DNA of 64,000 nt. Origin: Eledone cirrhosa (lineage: Eukaryota). Of this stretch, positions 36,578-48,608 are shown piece after piece; the stretch's first letter is position 1, and each line of letters begins with the position of its first letter. A model generated the notes under the pieces. It saw only the letters and a list, made by a program, of their open reading frames with translations. It was not told the origin of the DNA and ran no database searches. The translations under genes were made by a program, and so were the position numbers. The stretch covers positions 7,564,001-7,628,000 of the forward strand of contig OZ024756.1 in assembly GCA_964016885.1 (NCBI GenBank), in the 5' to 3' direction.

Positions 36578-36654
36578 CAGGGTGTCCCAAAAAGATGTAT
36601 GCACACTCCAACATCATTCTAATAAAAGTATGTGTACATTTTGGGGACACCGTG
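36578..36654. mobile_element. Tiny Tc1/mariner-like MITE
   Basis: TIRs cagggtgtcccaaaa..tgtatgcacact / agtatgtgtacattttggggacaccgtg followed by TA. Confidence 0.55.
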
Positions 36655-36711
36655 TATATATATATTATGAAATACTGTTGGCTTCATGCTCACAATAATT
36701 GCTATACTTTC

Positions 36712-36808
<97 letters not shown>

Positions 36809-36984
36809 TATATATATACACACACACATATAGTATAAGTTTTTTTTTTTAAATGATAAGACTGTGTAGATACGTTATCTCCTTTCATAAAATTATCTGA
36901 CGAACGCCCAGCTCGAAACGTAAATTTCTTTTTTCATATTACAGTTTTTTATGTTCTTGAATGCACTTTACTGAGAGAGGGGAG

Positions 36985-37260
36985 ACGTGGCTTAAGGGCT
37001 AGAGTATTCGGCTCATGACTGTAAGGTTAGGATTTCGATTACTGGTGTCATGTTGTATTCTTGGACAAGACACTTTATTTCACATGGTTCCAGTCAACTC
37101 AGTTCGAAAACTGTTAGTTGTGCTTGTTCACGCTGAATCTCCCCGAGAATAATGGGAAGGATACACGTGTCTGTTGATTGCTCAGCTATTGGCATGTTAA
37201 TTTTACGGCTAGTCTGTACCGTTGTTTACATTATATGGTACACTTGTATGTAAACGAAAG
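36985..37260 (+). mobile_element. tRNA-derived SINE family B copy (diverged)
   Basis: gtggcttaagggctagag...ggatttcgattact...ttcttggacaagacactttatttcacatgg. Confidence 0.55.
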
Positions 37261-37480
37261 TGTCGAAAGCCAACACACACTTTACCGGGAACATCCGCAT
37301 TAGTTCAGAGACCTTTTCTCAAATGTCCTGCTCTCTCAATTGTCTTCTAGCTGTGTTCGCAGAATATCCGAATGATTAACACGTTCTCTTTGCAATCATT
37401 AAGTCACATGTGCAAGCAGGCCTGTGATTAAACGAGCTCCAGTCGTTACTAACATGTAGTTTGGTATAACAAGGAATATA

Positions 37481-37618
37481 CTGTATTTCCCGGCGCCGAG
37501 GGCGCTACTTCTTTCCTAAAATAAGTCTCAAAAGTTTTTTTTTTTTTTTTTTTTTATTGGTTGTCAAAATTAGGGTGTGTCCTTGAGGACGAAGCAACTT
37601 CGGCGCCGGGAAATACGG
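37481..37618. mobile_element. Tc1/pogo-like MITE
   Basis: TA|ctgtatttcccggcgccga ... tcggcgccgggaaatacgg|TA; ~19-bp TIRs with TA TSD. Confidence 0.7.
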
Positions 37619-38039
37619 TATATATGTATGGTCGTATTGACACTGGGCATATCAACCCTGGTGGGGCCCATCCTTTTCTAGGTCTCAGTACAGCAGATTT
37701 CTTCCAGAAAATGTTAGAAAAGGTGAGAGGAAATGAGAAAGAGATATTGAAGAATACATTATCTAATCTAATCTGGCCGAGTTTCCACTCGCAAATAAGA
37801 AGAACCACGTCCGCCCCTAGGAGAATGGATTTGGTGTACTTCATATCTGTTTTGGTTGCGGAATAAAATCAGGGGTCGCTGCTTCTCCTGAAGGTCAATA
37901 GTTCTCTTCTAACTCGAGCGGGAGCGCCTTTCCATTGTCAATTTGCGTTGATCATCTGCAAGGCAGCATTGTTCACAGAACCACAACACCAGTCTTTCGA
38001 TGTGAGCAGCTGGAACTACTGTCACCCATTGATTTGGCA

Positions 38040-38190
38040 GGATCGTAACTCATTTCTACAGCTGAGTAAACTGGAGCAATGTCAAATAAAGTGTCTTGCT
38101 CAAAAACACAACACATCACCCGGTTCGAGAATCGAACTCACACCCTTTCGATTACAATCCCAATGCTCCAACCACTGAGCCATGCGCCTT
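38040..38190 (-). mobile_element. SINE-like fragment (tRNA-type head)
   Basis: Reverse strand: ggcgcatggctcagtggttggagca...gtgagttcgattctcgaacc...tttttgagcaagacacttta. Confidence 0.6.
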
Positions 38191-38639
38191 CAATACATTA
38201 TGCAACATATTTTTTCTTTTCTTTTCTTTAAGATGGTTGTAATTTAATGTAGAGTCTCGTTAAATGACTCGGATAATAAAGACGAGCTAATGTTTAGGTG
38301 ATAAGGATGGATTTAATGGTTATTTTGGAAATATTGTAACCTGCTAACGATCGATGGTGTCTGATAAAGGATAAGAAAATATTGAATGATGAATATTTTG
38401 CAATATTGCAGTGATTATAATGTGATAGAATCTAGTGTTCTATACTAAGAGAGGATTGGTGATGTGGTCCCAGGGTCTCCTCATTTAAATATCATTATAA
38501 TACTTCACCACAATATAATTACATTTTGTTTGTTATTCTCAAAAGGATTATAATCCTGAAATGTGGAGGTGGGGGGGGGACTGTTGACGCCAGGATATCT
38601 TTTATAGTAAAGGAGCTGTATTGAAGGACTAATATAGAG

Positions 38640-39120
38640 TGTAAGGGGGGAGAGGGGGAGAGAGAAAGGGAGAGAGAAAAGAGAGAGTGGTAGAGAGGGG
38701 GGAGAGAGAAGAAAAGAAAGAGGGAGAGAGACAATGAGAGAGAAAAAGACAGAGTGTGTTGTGTGTGTGTGAGAAAGAGAAAGAAAGAGAGTGTGTTTTT
38801 GTATGTGTGCCCGAGAGAGAGAGAGGGGGGAGAGGGGAAAAGAAAAACAGGCGAGTGAGAGAAAGAAAGAGAGAGAGAGTGAAAGAGAGAATGTGAAAGA
38901 GAGTGAAAGAGAGAGAATGTGAAAGAGAGATTGAAAGAAAGAGAGAATGAAAGAGAGCGAAAGTGGGTGAAAGACAGAGAGGGTGAGAGAGTCGGTGAGA
39001 GAAAGTGAGAGAGAGGGAGAAAGAGAGGGAGATAGAGGGAGATAGAGAGGGAGAGAGAGAGGGAGATAGAAGGAGAGAGAGGGAGAGAGAGAGTGGGGGA
39101 GATAGCGAGGGCGGGGGAGA
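38640..39120. repeat. Purine-rich (GA)n low-complexity tract
   Basis: Directly visible. Confidence 0.85.
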
Positions 39121-39344
39121 ATATGGTGGCGTTTAATAAACATAAAATGTATATTTCCAGTGGCCAGTTCAACTACGTTGTGTCTTGTTTGACTTTCATA
39201 TATATTAAAGTGTCACGGAAAACCAGGAATCACAACTAGAAAGATGAATCAATGTTAGAATCTTCATTGACTAACACACAGGACACATAAACAATATATA
39301 TGGAATATATAATAGAAGTTATATTTATATAATGGTTTCTTATA

Positions 39345-39546
39345 TAGGCACAAGGCCAGCAATTTTGAGGGTGGAGGAAGTTACAGCTACTGGAGTACAT
39401 TACAGGTACTTTATTTTATTGACCCCATAAGGATGAAAGACAAAGTTAAACTCGACATGATTTTGAACTCAGAACGTAAAAGGCTGTAACCCTGTGCCGC
39501 AAAGCATGTTGTCGGGCGCTCTACCGATTCTACTGATAATCCACCG
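39345..39546 (-). mobile_element. SINE family A copy
   Basis: aggcacaaggccagcaatt...gaccccataaggatgaaagacaaag...ttgaactcagaacgtaa...ctctaccgattct. Confidence 0.75.
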
Positions 39547-39779
39547 CTTTTCTTTAATAATAGTTTCTAATTTAAGAACAATGTTAGCAATGTGTTGTTG
39601 TTGGTGGTGGGGACGTGCTGTCGTGTGGTGGTGGTGGGGTGTTGGGATGTGCTGGGGGTCCATTAACTCGTGGAAACGGAAGGAAGACCATTCTCCAAAT
39701 GCAACGTAACAATTGTATTGAATATAAACTGTTTTATTTAGTTACATACTCTCGAGTCCCAAATAATTGTTTCTACTTT

Positions 39780-39975
39780 TGGCACAAGGCCAGCAGTTAT
39801 CCAGTGCATTACTGATACTTTATTTTCTCGACCCCGTAAGGATGAAAGGCAAAGTTAACCTCGGCGGGATGTGAATTCAGAATGGCAAGTGCCGTAACTC
39901 ATAAAGGGACGTAACTCTATGCTTCAAAGCATGGTGTCAAAGCATGGACTCTCTACCGATACTGCCAATCCACCA
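39780..39975 (-). mobile_element. SINE family A copy
   Basis: ggcacaaggccagcag...cgaccccgtaaggatgaaaggcaaagttaacctcggcggg...ctctaccgatactgccaatcc. Confidence 0.78.
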
Positions 39976-40341
39976 TGCTATTTATAATGTGCTCTTTTTT
40001 GTCATGTATAGTGTTTTTTACTGACTAAAGAAAACTAATTATCGCAGGGATGCTACTATTTAAAATAAAAGTTAGCCGGAGACAGATTAGCGTGTCTTTC
40101 ATTGATGTGGGTTGCAGTAGTACCTGAGATTAGATTAGAAGAAATATTATTTTCATATATTAATTACAGGTGTTCCATGCAACAGGTGTTTTAGAATGTC
40201 TTAAACCTTGTTTTCTATATTTTTAGTGACTTGCTTCAATTAATTTTTCTTATTTTCTTATTTTTATTTAGAAAAAAATCCAAATATATGTAGTATGAAC
40301 ATATTCAGTGAATAAAGTATATATATATATATATATATATA

Positions 40342-40390
<49 letters not shown>

Positions 40391-40394
<4 letters not shown>

Positions 40395-40564
40395 AAATGT
40401 TTAACCCCGACGGCAGAGCTCAGGGAGTCCAGAAATAGCCGTCGAAACGGCTTGAGCTCTGCCGTCGAGGTTAAACATTTACCTATTACCCACTCTACTA
40501 CCCTAAGTATTGAGTACTCTGGTGCGTTATGGTCCACCTGGTTCCTTACCCTACTTCCTTCGTT
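40391..40564 (+). mobile_element. Family C foldback remnant
   Basis: Arms aaatgtttaaccccgacggcagagctca / tgagctctgccgtcgaggttaaacattt plus the family C tail; TA-flanked. Confidence 0.72.
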
Positions 40565-40571
40565 ATATATA

Positions 40572-40627
<56 letters not shown>

Positions 40628-40628
<1 letters not shown>

Positions 40629-41019
40629 TAGCAGATTTACCCGGCGTTGCTCGGGGTTTGAAATTATGCTAAGAATATACAGCTAGGAAGTAAAAGAAGA
40701 ACATCATTTGTCCCCAACCTGTCAAAATAAGCAGTCTCTTGATAAGGATTGTCAATAAAGTTGGCTATCTCCCTTTTTTTATAAGGATTGTCAATAAAGT
40801 TGGTTATCTCCCTTACATCAATTTTGCTACCGAAAATTTTGATATCGATTTTTTATTGCTCAACGTGGGTCGATTTGAAAAAAATGTTTGTGATGTGACA
40901 ACCTTAGCGACCTGCGCAACATACACAGAAAATTTGATCGAATTCAGTTGGTAATTGTAAAATTGTATGCAAAGTTGTACACAGACACACACACATCCTC
41001 GCTTTTATATATATAAAGA
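40628..41019 (-). mobile_element. Non-autonomous Helitron-like element
   Basis: Minus strand begins TCTTTATATATATAAAAGC and ends cccgagcaacgccggg-taaatctg-CTAGt (hairpin plus CTAG). Confidence 0.7.
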
Positions 41020-41027
41020 TATATATA

Positions 41028-42237
41028 TAACAAAAGGGATATTCAATTTGTTGGTAATTAAACAAATATAAATGTTTATAACTGATTCAGAGCACTCGAC
41101 AAGTTTTCTGGAGTATAATTCAATGGAAACTATATTTATAAAACCATATTTATTCTATTATATATATTTCAAGGGTACCAAAAAATACGAAGTGTGTTTT
41201 ATAAATTTTAACTTAACCTAGAAAAATACCTTTATGGTTCAAGTTTTCCTTGGATAGTGAAGGGATAAGAGAAGAAAAGTCAGATATTTCAAATTATTAA
41301 TATGAGTATGCAAATGAGTTTGAGGTAAACGTTATTTTAGACGCTATGGAGAATTTAAATAATTAGGATATGTGTATGTATACGTAGGAAAGAAGAAAAA
41401 GGAAGAAGAGCTTGAATGTACGTTAAATTTTGCGGGGAAAAGGGTGGAATATGACTCCAGAGTTTAAATTTAAATTTATTTACCTATATTATGAGTTATA
41501 ATATTTAATAATTATAATCAATTATATTATATGAAGAATTATGGTTGTAAGTATTTTTATCTTATTACATTACAATAGGTTGTAAGTATATAAATATTTA
41601 TATAGATTAATAATTGTGCATGTATTAGTATTATAGAAATAGAAATAATTTACAATTATTAGTTGTTTACATTTCTAATATGAGTTAGGAAGGATGTTGA
41701 TTTTGTATTTTACATTTAAAAAAATAGGTGGTTCAAGTTGTGAGAGAACAATTTGTAGATTCGAATATTTTGTTCAACATTGAAAATGTTTTCAGAATAT
41801 TGTTAATTTAGCGAAGTTATATAGATTATCCTACATAATATGTTTATGTTTGCACGATTTATAAAGGAAAGATAACTCCAATCTTGTCTGTTAATCGATT
41901 AATAAATAATCCAACGAGGTCCGTTATTCGCGCCGAGTCAGATGATCCCATAGTGATATCAACATTTTTTTTTTCTGTCGGCTCTTGACCGGAGATAATT
42001 ATTAAATCCTATTAGGGTTTTACGTGCTGTTAGAATTGTATTCATTTCATCACTAGCTAGTTCTGTATAATTAGACGCGTAGATAAGTGCCTTATTAAGT
42101 AAACTCGGGGTATAGAGGAGTAGTAATTTGCAATATCCATTTGAATGTTTTTAATAATTTTAATATTTTTAATATTTCTATTTTTTTATATTTCTAATAT
42201 TTTTACCTTTTGACATTAATCTTTTTAATATATATAT

Positions 42238-42270
<33 letters not shown>

Positions 42271-42685
42271 TTTAATATTTTTAATTCTGACATTATTTTC
42301 CTAATGATACCCCTCTAAATATATTTTTTTAGATGTAGATTGATAATCTTTAATTGACATTCTGAAAATTTATCCTCTTCGATATGCACATTACGTTTTC
42401 CCTCTTTTTTTGATATTCAAACTTTCACACATCTTTCAAATAAAATAATTAATCTCACACGAAATAATAAATAATTTTCTCTATATATTTTCTGAATAAA
42501 TCACTCATCAAATTTAACATAATAATTTGGAATATCTTACTTTTCTTCTCTTATCCCTTCACTATCCAAGGAAAACTTGAACCGTTAAGGTATTTTATTT
42601 GATGAAAGCGTACCAAAGTTTTGGTACCCTTGAAATATATATAATAGAATAAATATGGTTTTATAAATATAGTTTCCATTTATTT
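41028..42685 (-). mobile_element. Decayed PLE insertion, family F (tail ~41028-41121; inverted arms; internal RT remnant)
   Basis: Arms aatggaaactatatttataaaaccatattt...aagggataagagaagaaaagt (41122-41300) / 42525-42681; hammerhead-like motif at 42591-42650; same family at 48606-49040. Confidence 0.7.
41900..42138 (-). pseudogene. Frameshifted reverse transcriptase fragment of a divergent PLE type
   Basis: Minus strand translates as DIANYYSSIP / LLNKALIYASNYTELASDEMNTILTARKTLIGFNN...DITMGSSDSARITDLVGLFI, matching the D...YPSI and (F)DVTMGS.DGAE..ELVGL RT motifs. Not in the ORF track. Confidence 0.7.
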
Positions 42686-43323
42686 AATATCATTATATAT
42701 ATGTGTGTCCGCATGTATCTGTGTGTTTCTAAATATATTAATAACTCCCTCTGGTCGAGCAATCTTTGAAGTGTGGGGACAACTGGAAAGCTTCCATTAC
42801 TCATACTTCTCGCCTTCTTCACTACCTCTTCTACGGCCTCGATATGAATACCCCCTCCGCCTCCGTGGTATTTTCTTCGTGGTTATAAGAGGCTTAGCTC
42901 TGTTTCTCGACCGTTATATCGCGTGACTATCTCCCCCTCCGCCTTTTGGGATTCTTTCTCACGTCGTGTAGACGCGTTCTTGAGACTAGTAAAATGAGGT
43001 ATCCTCTTGATAAGTCGGCAGACCTCGCAAGGACTCTATATCTTTGATATATTGTTTTTGTTTATGCCACGAAACTACGTAGTCGAGGAATTTAGGAACA
43101 GTTTAGGTATGATACATTTTATTACTAATTATATCTAAATGTTTCTTCTCTCTTCATAATGTATTTTTAACTCTGATACTGGTTCAGTCTGGTTCAAACT
43201 GAATTGGTCTGTCCCAGTCATTCATTGAGCAACATCGGTGAAGTTGGCACCCTTAACTCACAGTTGGGTGCGGATGCATTCATGTATATATGTGTGTGTC
43301 CGCATGTATCTGTGTGTTTCTAA

Positions 43324-43402
<79 letters not shown>

Positions 43403-43598
43403 CAAAGAAAATATATAACAACAAAGTTGAATTATTTTCCACTGAAAAAAAAAAATATACATATATATTATTCAATATATATATACACATTAAACAATAT
43501 ATATATCTATATTATTCAATATATACATATATATATATACATAAAACAATATATATATATATATTATTCAATATATACATATATATACATATATTATT

Positions 43599-43673
<75 letters not shown>

Positions 43674-44314
43674 GGTGTTAAAGTTTGCTTGAAGCATTGT
43701 GAAATGTGTAAAATATGTAGTTTAGAAAGCCACAACAATGCAGATGGAAAAGCTCGAGATAAGAAGTGAGTGAGAAATAGGAGAAAAGTGAAAATGAAAA
43801 TGAAAACAAAACAAAGGTAGAAGGGTTACCGTAGTGGAGATTTAATCCCAATATTTCGGGCTCACGCCCATCAACGGAGGAAAGTTCCAAAAGGGGGTGA
43901 ACAGGCTAAGCCGGAGAAAGTTGTATTGTCGTTAAAACTTAGGAATGCCGTTATGGGGAAAATTCAAACGAGGGAAAGAATGCGCGTGCGCGTGATAGGC
44001 TGTGGCAAAAGCTACTGACCAATTGGGTTAAATCAATAGAGTGCGCTAGCGTGTGAAAGCCGTAAAGTATGTGTGTAAATATATATGTGTGTGTAAGTGT
44101 GTGTGTATATGTGTATGTGTGTATGTATGTGAGTGTGTGTGTGAAAGATAGTGGGCCGTAGAAGCTGGAAAACAAAGAGTGTGAAAGGTGGTAGGTTGTA
44201 TAAACATGTGTGCGTGTATAAATATAGATGTGTGTGTGTATGTGTATGGGTATACATATAAGTGCGTGTGTGTGAAAGATAGTAGGCCGTAGGGGCTGTT
44301 ACTGGTCACTATGG

Positions 44315-45680
44315 TTAAATTAGCCATGTCAGCTCATTTCTCTCAGCCCGGTTGTTAAGTGGGGGTCTGAGGTTCTTAATAACAAGTGCTTCCTTTATCC
44401 TTAAGGATCCGATGCTGCGTTCAGTCGCTAGGACTGTGACCAAGGGTCTGCCCTGTGGGTTTCCGCATTTAAGGATGTGTTTACGGAAGGAAGATACGTT
44501 GGTGTTGACATGTTCCTTGATACGAACATGTAGGGGTCGGATGGTGCTACCTATGTAGAACTTGTTACATTTATAGCATTGAATCTTATATACGACATAG
44601 GTGCGTAGGCAATCTTCCCCCCGTATCGGGCAGTTGCTGAAGGAACACGTCCCATCTGACTCGTCGGGTTTGTTGGAGAGGCATCTTCGGAGCGAAGGTC
44701 CTGTGTGGGCCAAATGTATGTCAAGTCCTTCCCTCCGTATGGCCCTGCGGATGGCGTTCGTGGTATATTCACTCAGGTGGGGGATTTTAAAGAAGCACCT
44801 GCTTTTACCTAAGTTTCTAGTGGGTGTCTGTCTATTGGGTCTGGGGTCTCTAATTCCGTTAATCAGTCGCTTTGGATATCCATTAGACTTGAGTAGATTA
44901 CGGAATTGCGTGGTATGGGTGAGACCACCCATCGGGTCGTTGCATCTATTAGTGATCCGTGTAAGTTCATTTAGGACATAGCCTCTCTTAGCGTTGTTGG
45001 GGAGGGCTGAGTTGTAATGCACAAATAAGTCCTTGCACGCTGCCTTGCAGTAGAAGGTGGTGTTTATGTCTCCTACTTCAGAGATGTTGATACGGAAGTC
45101 GAGGAGGGCGAGTGACCCGTCTTCTCCAGGGTGTTCGATGGTGAAATCGACGTGATGGTCAGTGTCGTTGAAGATTTGGTGAATTTCATTCGCCATCTCC
45201 CGGGAAGAAGTGAGTATCAGTATGTCATCGACGTATCTGGAGTAGAAGGCGACGGCGTTGGGTTGGCAGGTGTTGAGTGCCTTGCGTTCCAGGTGGTCCA
45301 TGTACGAGATCGCAAGTATGCCGGACAGACTAGAGCCCATAGGTAGCCCAGAGATCTGTTTGTACGTGTGGCCGAGGAAATTGAAGAATGCATTATCCAC
45401 AACTAAAGAGAGGAGTTGGTGGATGTCCGTGTGTGTGAGTCCGAAGCAGTGTAAGTTAGATGCTCGGACTCGTTCGGTCAACAGGTCGACGGCTGGGGAT
45501 GCTGGTAAGGAGGTATAAAGGGCGACCACATCAAGACTGAAGGCATATCCGTTGTCCTTTCTGGTGTTGGGCGCCAGATGGTGTAGTCGCTCCAAGACCT
45601 CCTTTGAGCTGCAGACGTGGGATGGTAGTGTGTGTAGAATGGGTTTCAGTAGTGTGGAGAGCAGCCACGAGAGGGCCCAC
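44315..45680 (-). CDS. PLE RT (partial) plus GIY-YIG endonuclease, 5'-truncated; frame open upstream of the called TTG start
   Basis: ALSWLLSTLLKP...; DVVALYTS; QISGLPMGSSLS; RYVDD; LDFRI; VVYKIQC..C...YIGST.R...R..EH; EA..I....P.LN. Confidence 0.88.
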
Positions 45681-45691
45681 TTTACAAAATA

Positions 45692-47047
45692 TCGTGGCTG
45701 CTCTCCACACTACTGAAACCTATTCTACACACACTACCAGCCCACGTCTGCAGCTCAAAGGAGGTCTTGGAGCGACTACACCATCTGGCGCCCAACACCA
45801 GAAAGGACAACGGATATGCCTTCAGTCTTGATGTGGTCGCCCTTTATACCTCCGTACCAGCTTCCCCAGCCGTCGACCTGTTGACCGAACGAGTCCGAGC
45901 ATCTAACTTACACTGCTTCGGACTCACACACACGGACATCCATCAACTCCTCTCCTTCGTTGTGGATAATGCATTCTTCAATTTCCTCGGCCACACGTAC
46001 AAACAGATCTCTGGGCTGCCTATGGGCTCTAGTCTGTCCGGCATACTTGCGATCTCGTACATGGACCACCTGGAACGCAAGGCACTCAACACCTGCCAAC
46101 CCAACGCCGTCGCCTTCTACTCCAGATACGTCGATGACATCCTGATACTTACTTCTTCCCGGGAGATGGCGAATGAAATTCACCAAATCTTCAACGACAC
46201 TGACCATCACGTCGATTTCACCATCGAACACCCTGGAGAAGACGGGTCACTCGCCCTCCTCGACTTCCGTATCAACATCTCTGAAGTAGGAGACATAAAC
46301 ACCACCTTCTACCGCAAGGCAGCGTGCAAGGACTTATTTGTGCATTACAACTCAGCCCTCCCCAACAACGCTAAGAGAGGCTATGTCCTAAATGAACTTA
46401 CACGGATCACTAATAGATGCAACGACCTGATGGGTGGTCTCACCCATACCACGCAATTCCGTAATCTACTCAAGTCTAATGGATATCCAAAGCGACTGAT
46501 TAACGGAATTAGAGACCCCAGACCCAATAGACAGACACCCACTAGAAACTTAGGTAAAAGCAGGTGCTTCTTTAAAATCCCCCACCTGAGTGAATATACC
46601 ACGAACGCCATCCGCAGGGCCATACGGAGGGAGGGACTTGACATACATTTGGCCCACACAGGACCTTCGCTGCGAAGATGCCTCTCCAACAAACCCGACG
46701 AGTCAGATGGGACGTGTTCCCTCAGCAACTGCCCGATTCGGGGGGCAGATTGCCTACGCACCTATGTCGTATATAAGATTCAATGCGATAAATGTAACAA
46801 GTTCTACATAGGTAGCACCATCCGACCCCTACATGTTCGTATCAAGGAACATGTCAACACCAACGCATCTTCCTTCCGTAAACACATCCTTAAATGCAGA
46901 AACCCACAGGGCAGACCCTTGGTCACAGTCCTAGCGACTGAACGCAGCATCGGATCCTTAAGGATAAAGGAAGCACTTGTTATTAAGAACCTCAGACCCC
47001 CACTTAACAACCGGGCTGAGAGAAATGAGCTGACATGGCTAATTTAA
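45692..47047 (+). CDS. PLE RT (partial) plus GIY-YIG endonuclease, 5'-truncated
   Basis: Same motifs as the inverted partner; no stops or frameshifts over ~450 codons. Confidence 0.88.
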   Translation, partial: SWLLSTLLKPILHTLPAHVCSSKEVLERLHHLAPNTRKDNGYAFSLDVVALYTSVPASPAVDLLTERVRASNLHCFGLTHTDIHQLLSFVVDNAFFNFLGHTYKQISGLPMGSSLSGILAISYMDHLERKALNTCQPNAVAFYSRYVDDILILTSSREMANEIHQIFNDTDHHVDFTIEHPGEDGSLALLDFRINISEVGDINTTFYRKAACKDLFVHYNSALPNNAKRGYVLNELTRITNRCNDLMGGLTHTTQFRNLLKSNGYPKRLINGIRDPRPNRQTPTRNLGKSRCFFKIPHLSEYTTNAIRRAIRREGLDIHLAHTGPSLRRCLSNKPDESDGTCSLSNCPIRGADCLRTYVVYKIQCDKCNKFYIGSTIRPLHVRIKEHVNTNASSFRKHILKCRNPQGRPLVTVLATERSIGSLRIKEALVIKNLRPPLNNRAERNELTWLI

Positions 47048-47489
47048 CCATAGTGACCAGTAACAGCCCCTACGGCCTACTATCTTTCACACACACGCAC
47101 TTATATGTATACCCATACACATACACACACACATCTATATTTATACACGCACACATGTTTATACAACCTACCACCTTTCACACTCTTTGTTTTCCAGCTT
47201 CTACGGTCCACTATCTTTCACACACACACACTCACATACATACACACATACACATATACACACACACTTACACACACATATATATTTACACACACATATT
47301 TTACGGCTTTCACACGCTAGCGCACTCTATTGATTTAACCCAATTGGTCAGTAGCTTTTGCCACAGCCTATCACGCGCACGCGCATTCTTTCCCTCGTTT
47401 CAATTTTCCCCATAACGGCATTCCTAAGTTTTAACGACAATACAACTTTCTCCGGCTTAGCCTGTTCCCCCCCCCCCCTTTTGGAACTT

Positions 47490-47525
47490 TCCCCCGTTGA
47501 TGGGCGTGAGCCCGAAATATTGGGA
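47490..47525 (+). ncRNA. Degenerate hammerhead-like motif in the PLE pLTR (mirror at ~43846-43881)
   Basis: tccc CCGTTGA t gggc-gtga-gccc GAAA ta TT ggga; core differs from CTGANGA at two positions. Confidence 0.35.
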
Positions 47526-47654
47526 TTAAATCTCCACTACGGTAACCCTTCTACCTTTGTTTTGTTTTCATTTTCATTTTCACTTTTCTCCTATTTCTCA
47601 CTCACTTCTTACCTCGAGATTTCCCATCTGCATTGTTGTGGCACTCTAAACTAC

Positions 47655-47705
<51 letters not shown>

Positions 47706-47751
47706 TTAAATATACATATCTTTATATATATATATATATATACATATTGTT

Positions 47752-47835
<84 letters not shown>

Positions 47836-48191
47836 ATAGATATATATGTGTTTTGCAAGGGGTCACTTTGTGGCTCAATGAAGAATTAATAAATTAAATA
47901 ATCAGAGCTATATATCATAAAACATGTCTATAGAATCACCAGATAAAATATATACCGTTTCCTCTCCCAATTAGCATAATTAACCATATAAAAAATCAAT
48001 TAGACCAAGCTATTAGAATAAAGGCTCCTATGAAGAAATCTCCGACAAATAACCGAAAGTAGCCCCTTCGCGGCAGTTGCGACGGAGTATTTATCGAATA
48101 TTTCGACAGCATGTACAAATCGACCAGATATACAGTCAACTAAACAGAATTAGGTGTAAAATAAACTAGAAGAAAAGTGTACATATTTAGT

Positions 48192-48271
48192 TACCTCTAC
48201 CATGGTTTCGTCCGCATTTTAAGACATCCGATAACCTTGGATATCTAGAGCTTCGGATTCTTCAGGAGTTA
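48192..48271 (-). ncRNA. Type-I hammerhead with an extended stem II
   Basis: Reverse strand: ctc CTGAAGA atccg...(~39 nt)...cggac GAAA ccatgg TA gag; palindromic CCATGG. Confidence 0.65.
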
Positions 48272-48509
48272 GCTCAAATTTAGACAATTAATTTTCCAAA
48301 GTGATCGCGTCAAGAATACATTCAAAAACGGCTAAGAATCGTGACGTGGCTGCGGTCAAATTAGAAAGGATGTGATTAGTTGGTTACGGCTGGTAGGCTT
48401 TTTGCTAGAAAGTGCAGCCCAATACAGCCAAAATTATATATACATATTATTCAATATATATATATATATATACACATTATTCAATATATGTATATATACA
48501 TATTATTCA

Positions 48510-48605
<96 letters not shown>

Positions 48606-48608
<3 letters not shown>

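Larger units (their letters stand above)
43671..47659. mobile_element. Penelope-like retroelement: head-to-head inverted pair of 5'-truncated copies in (TA)n
   Basis: Arms ~43712-45670 and 45692-47659, ~21-bp spacer, ~41-nt tail only on the left (43671-43711), TA tracts on both sides. Confidence 0.92.

Noticed and set aside
36890-36927. CTGACGA...cGAAAcgTA hammerhead-like motif
   Set aside because: Stems I and II pair poorly; at best a decayed relic. Similar weak relics at ~17200/21060, ~22060 and ~34945 were not called.
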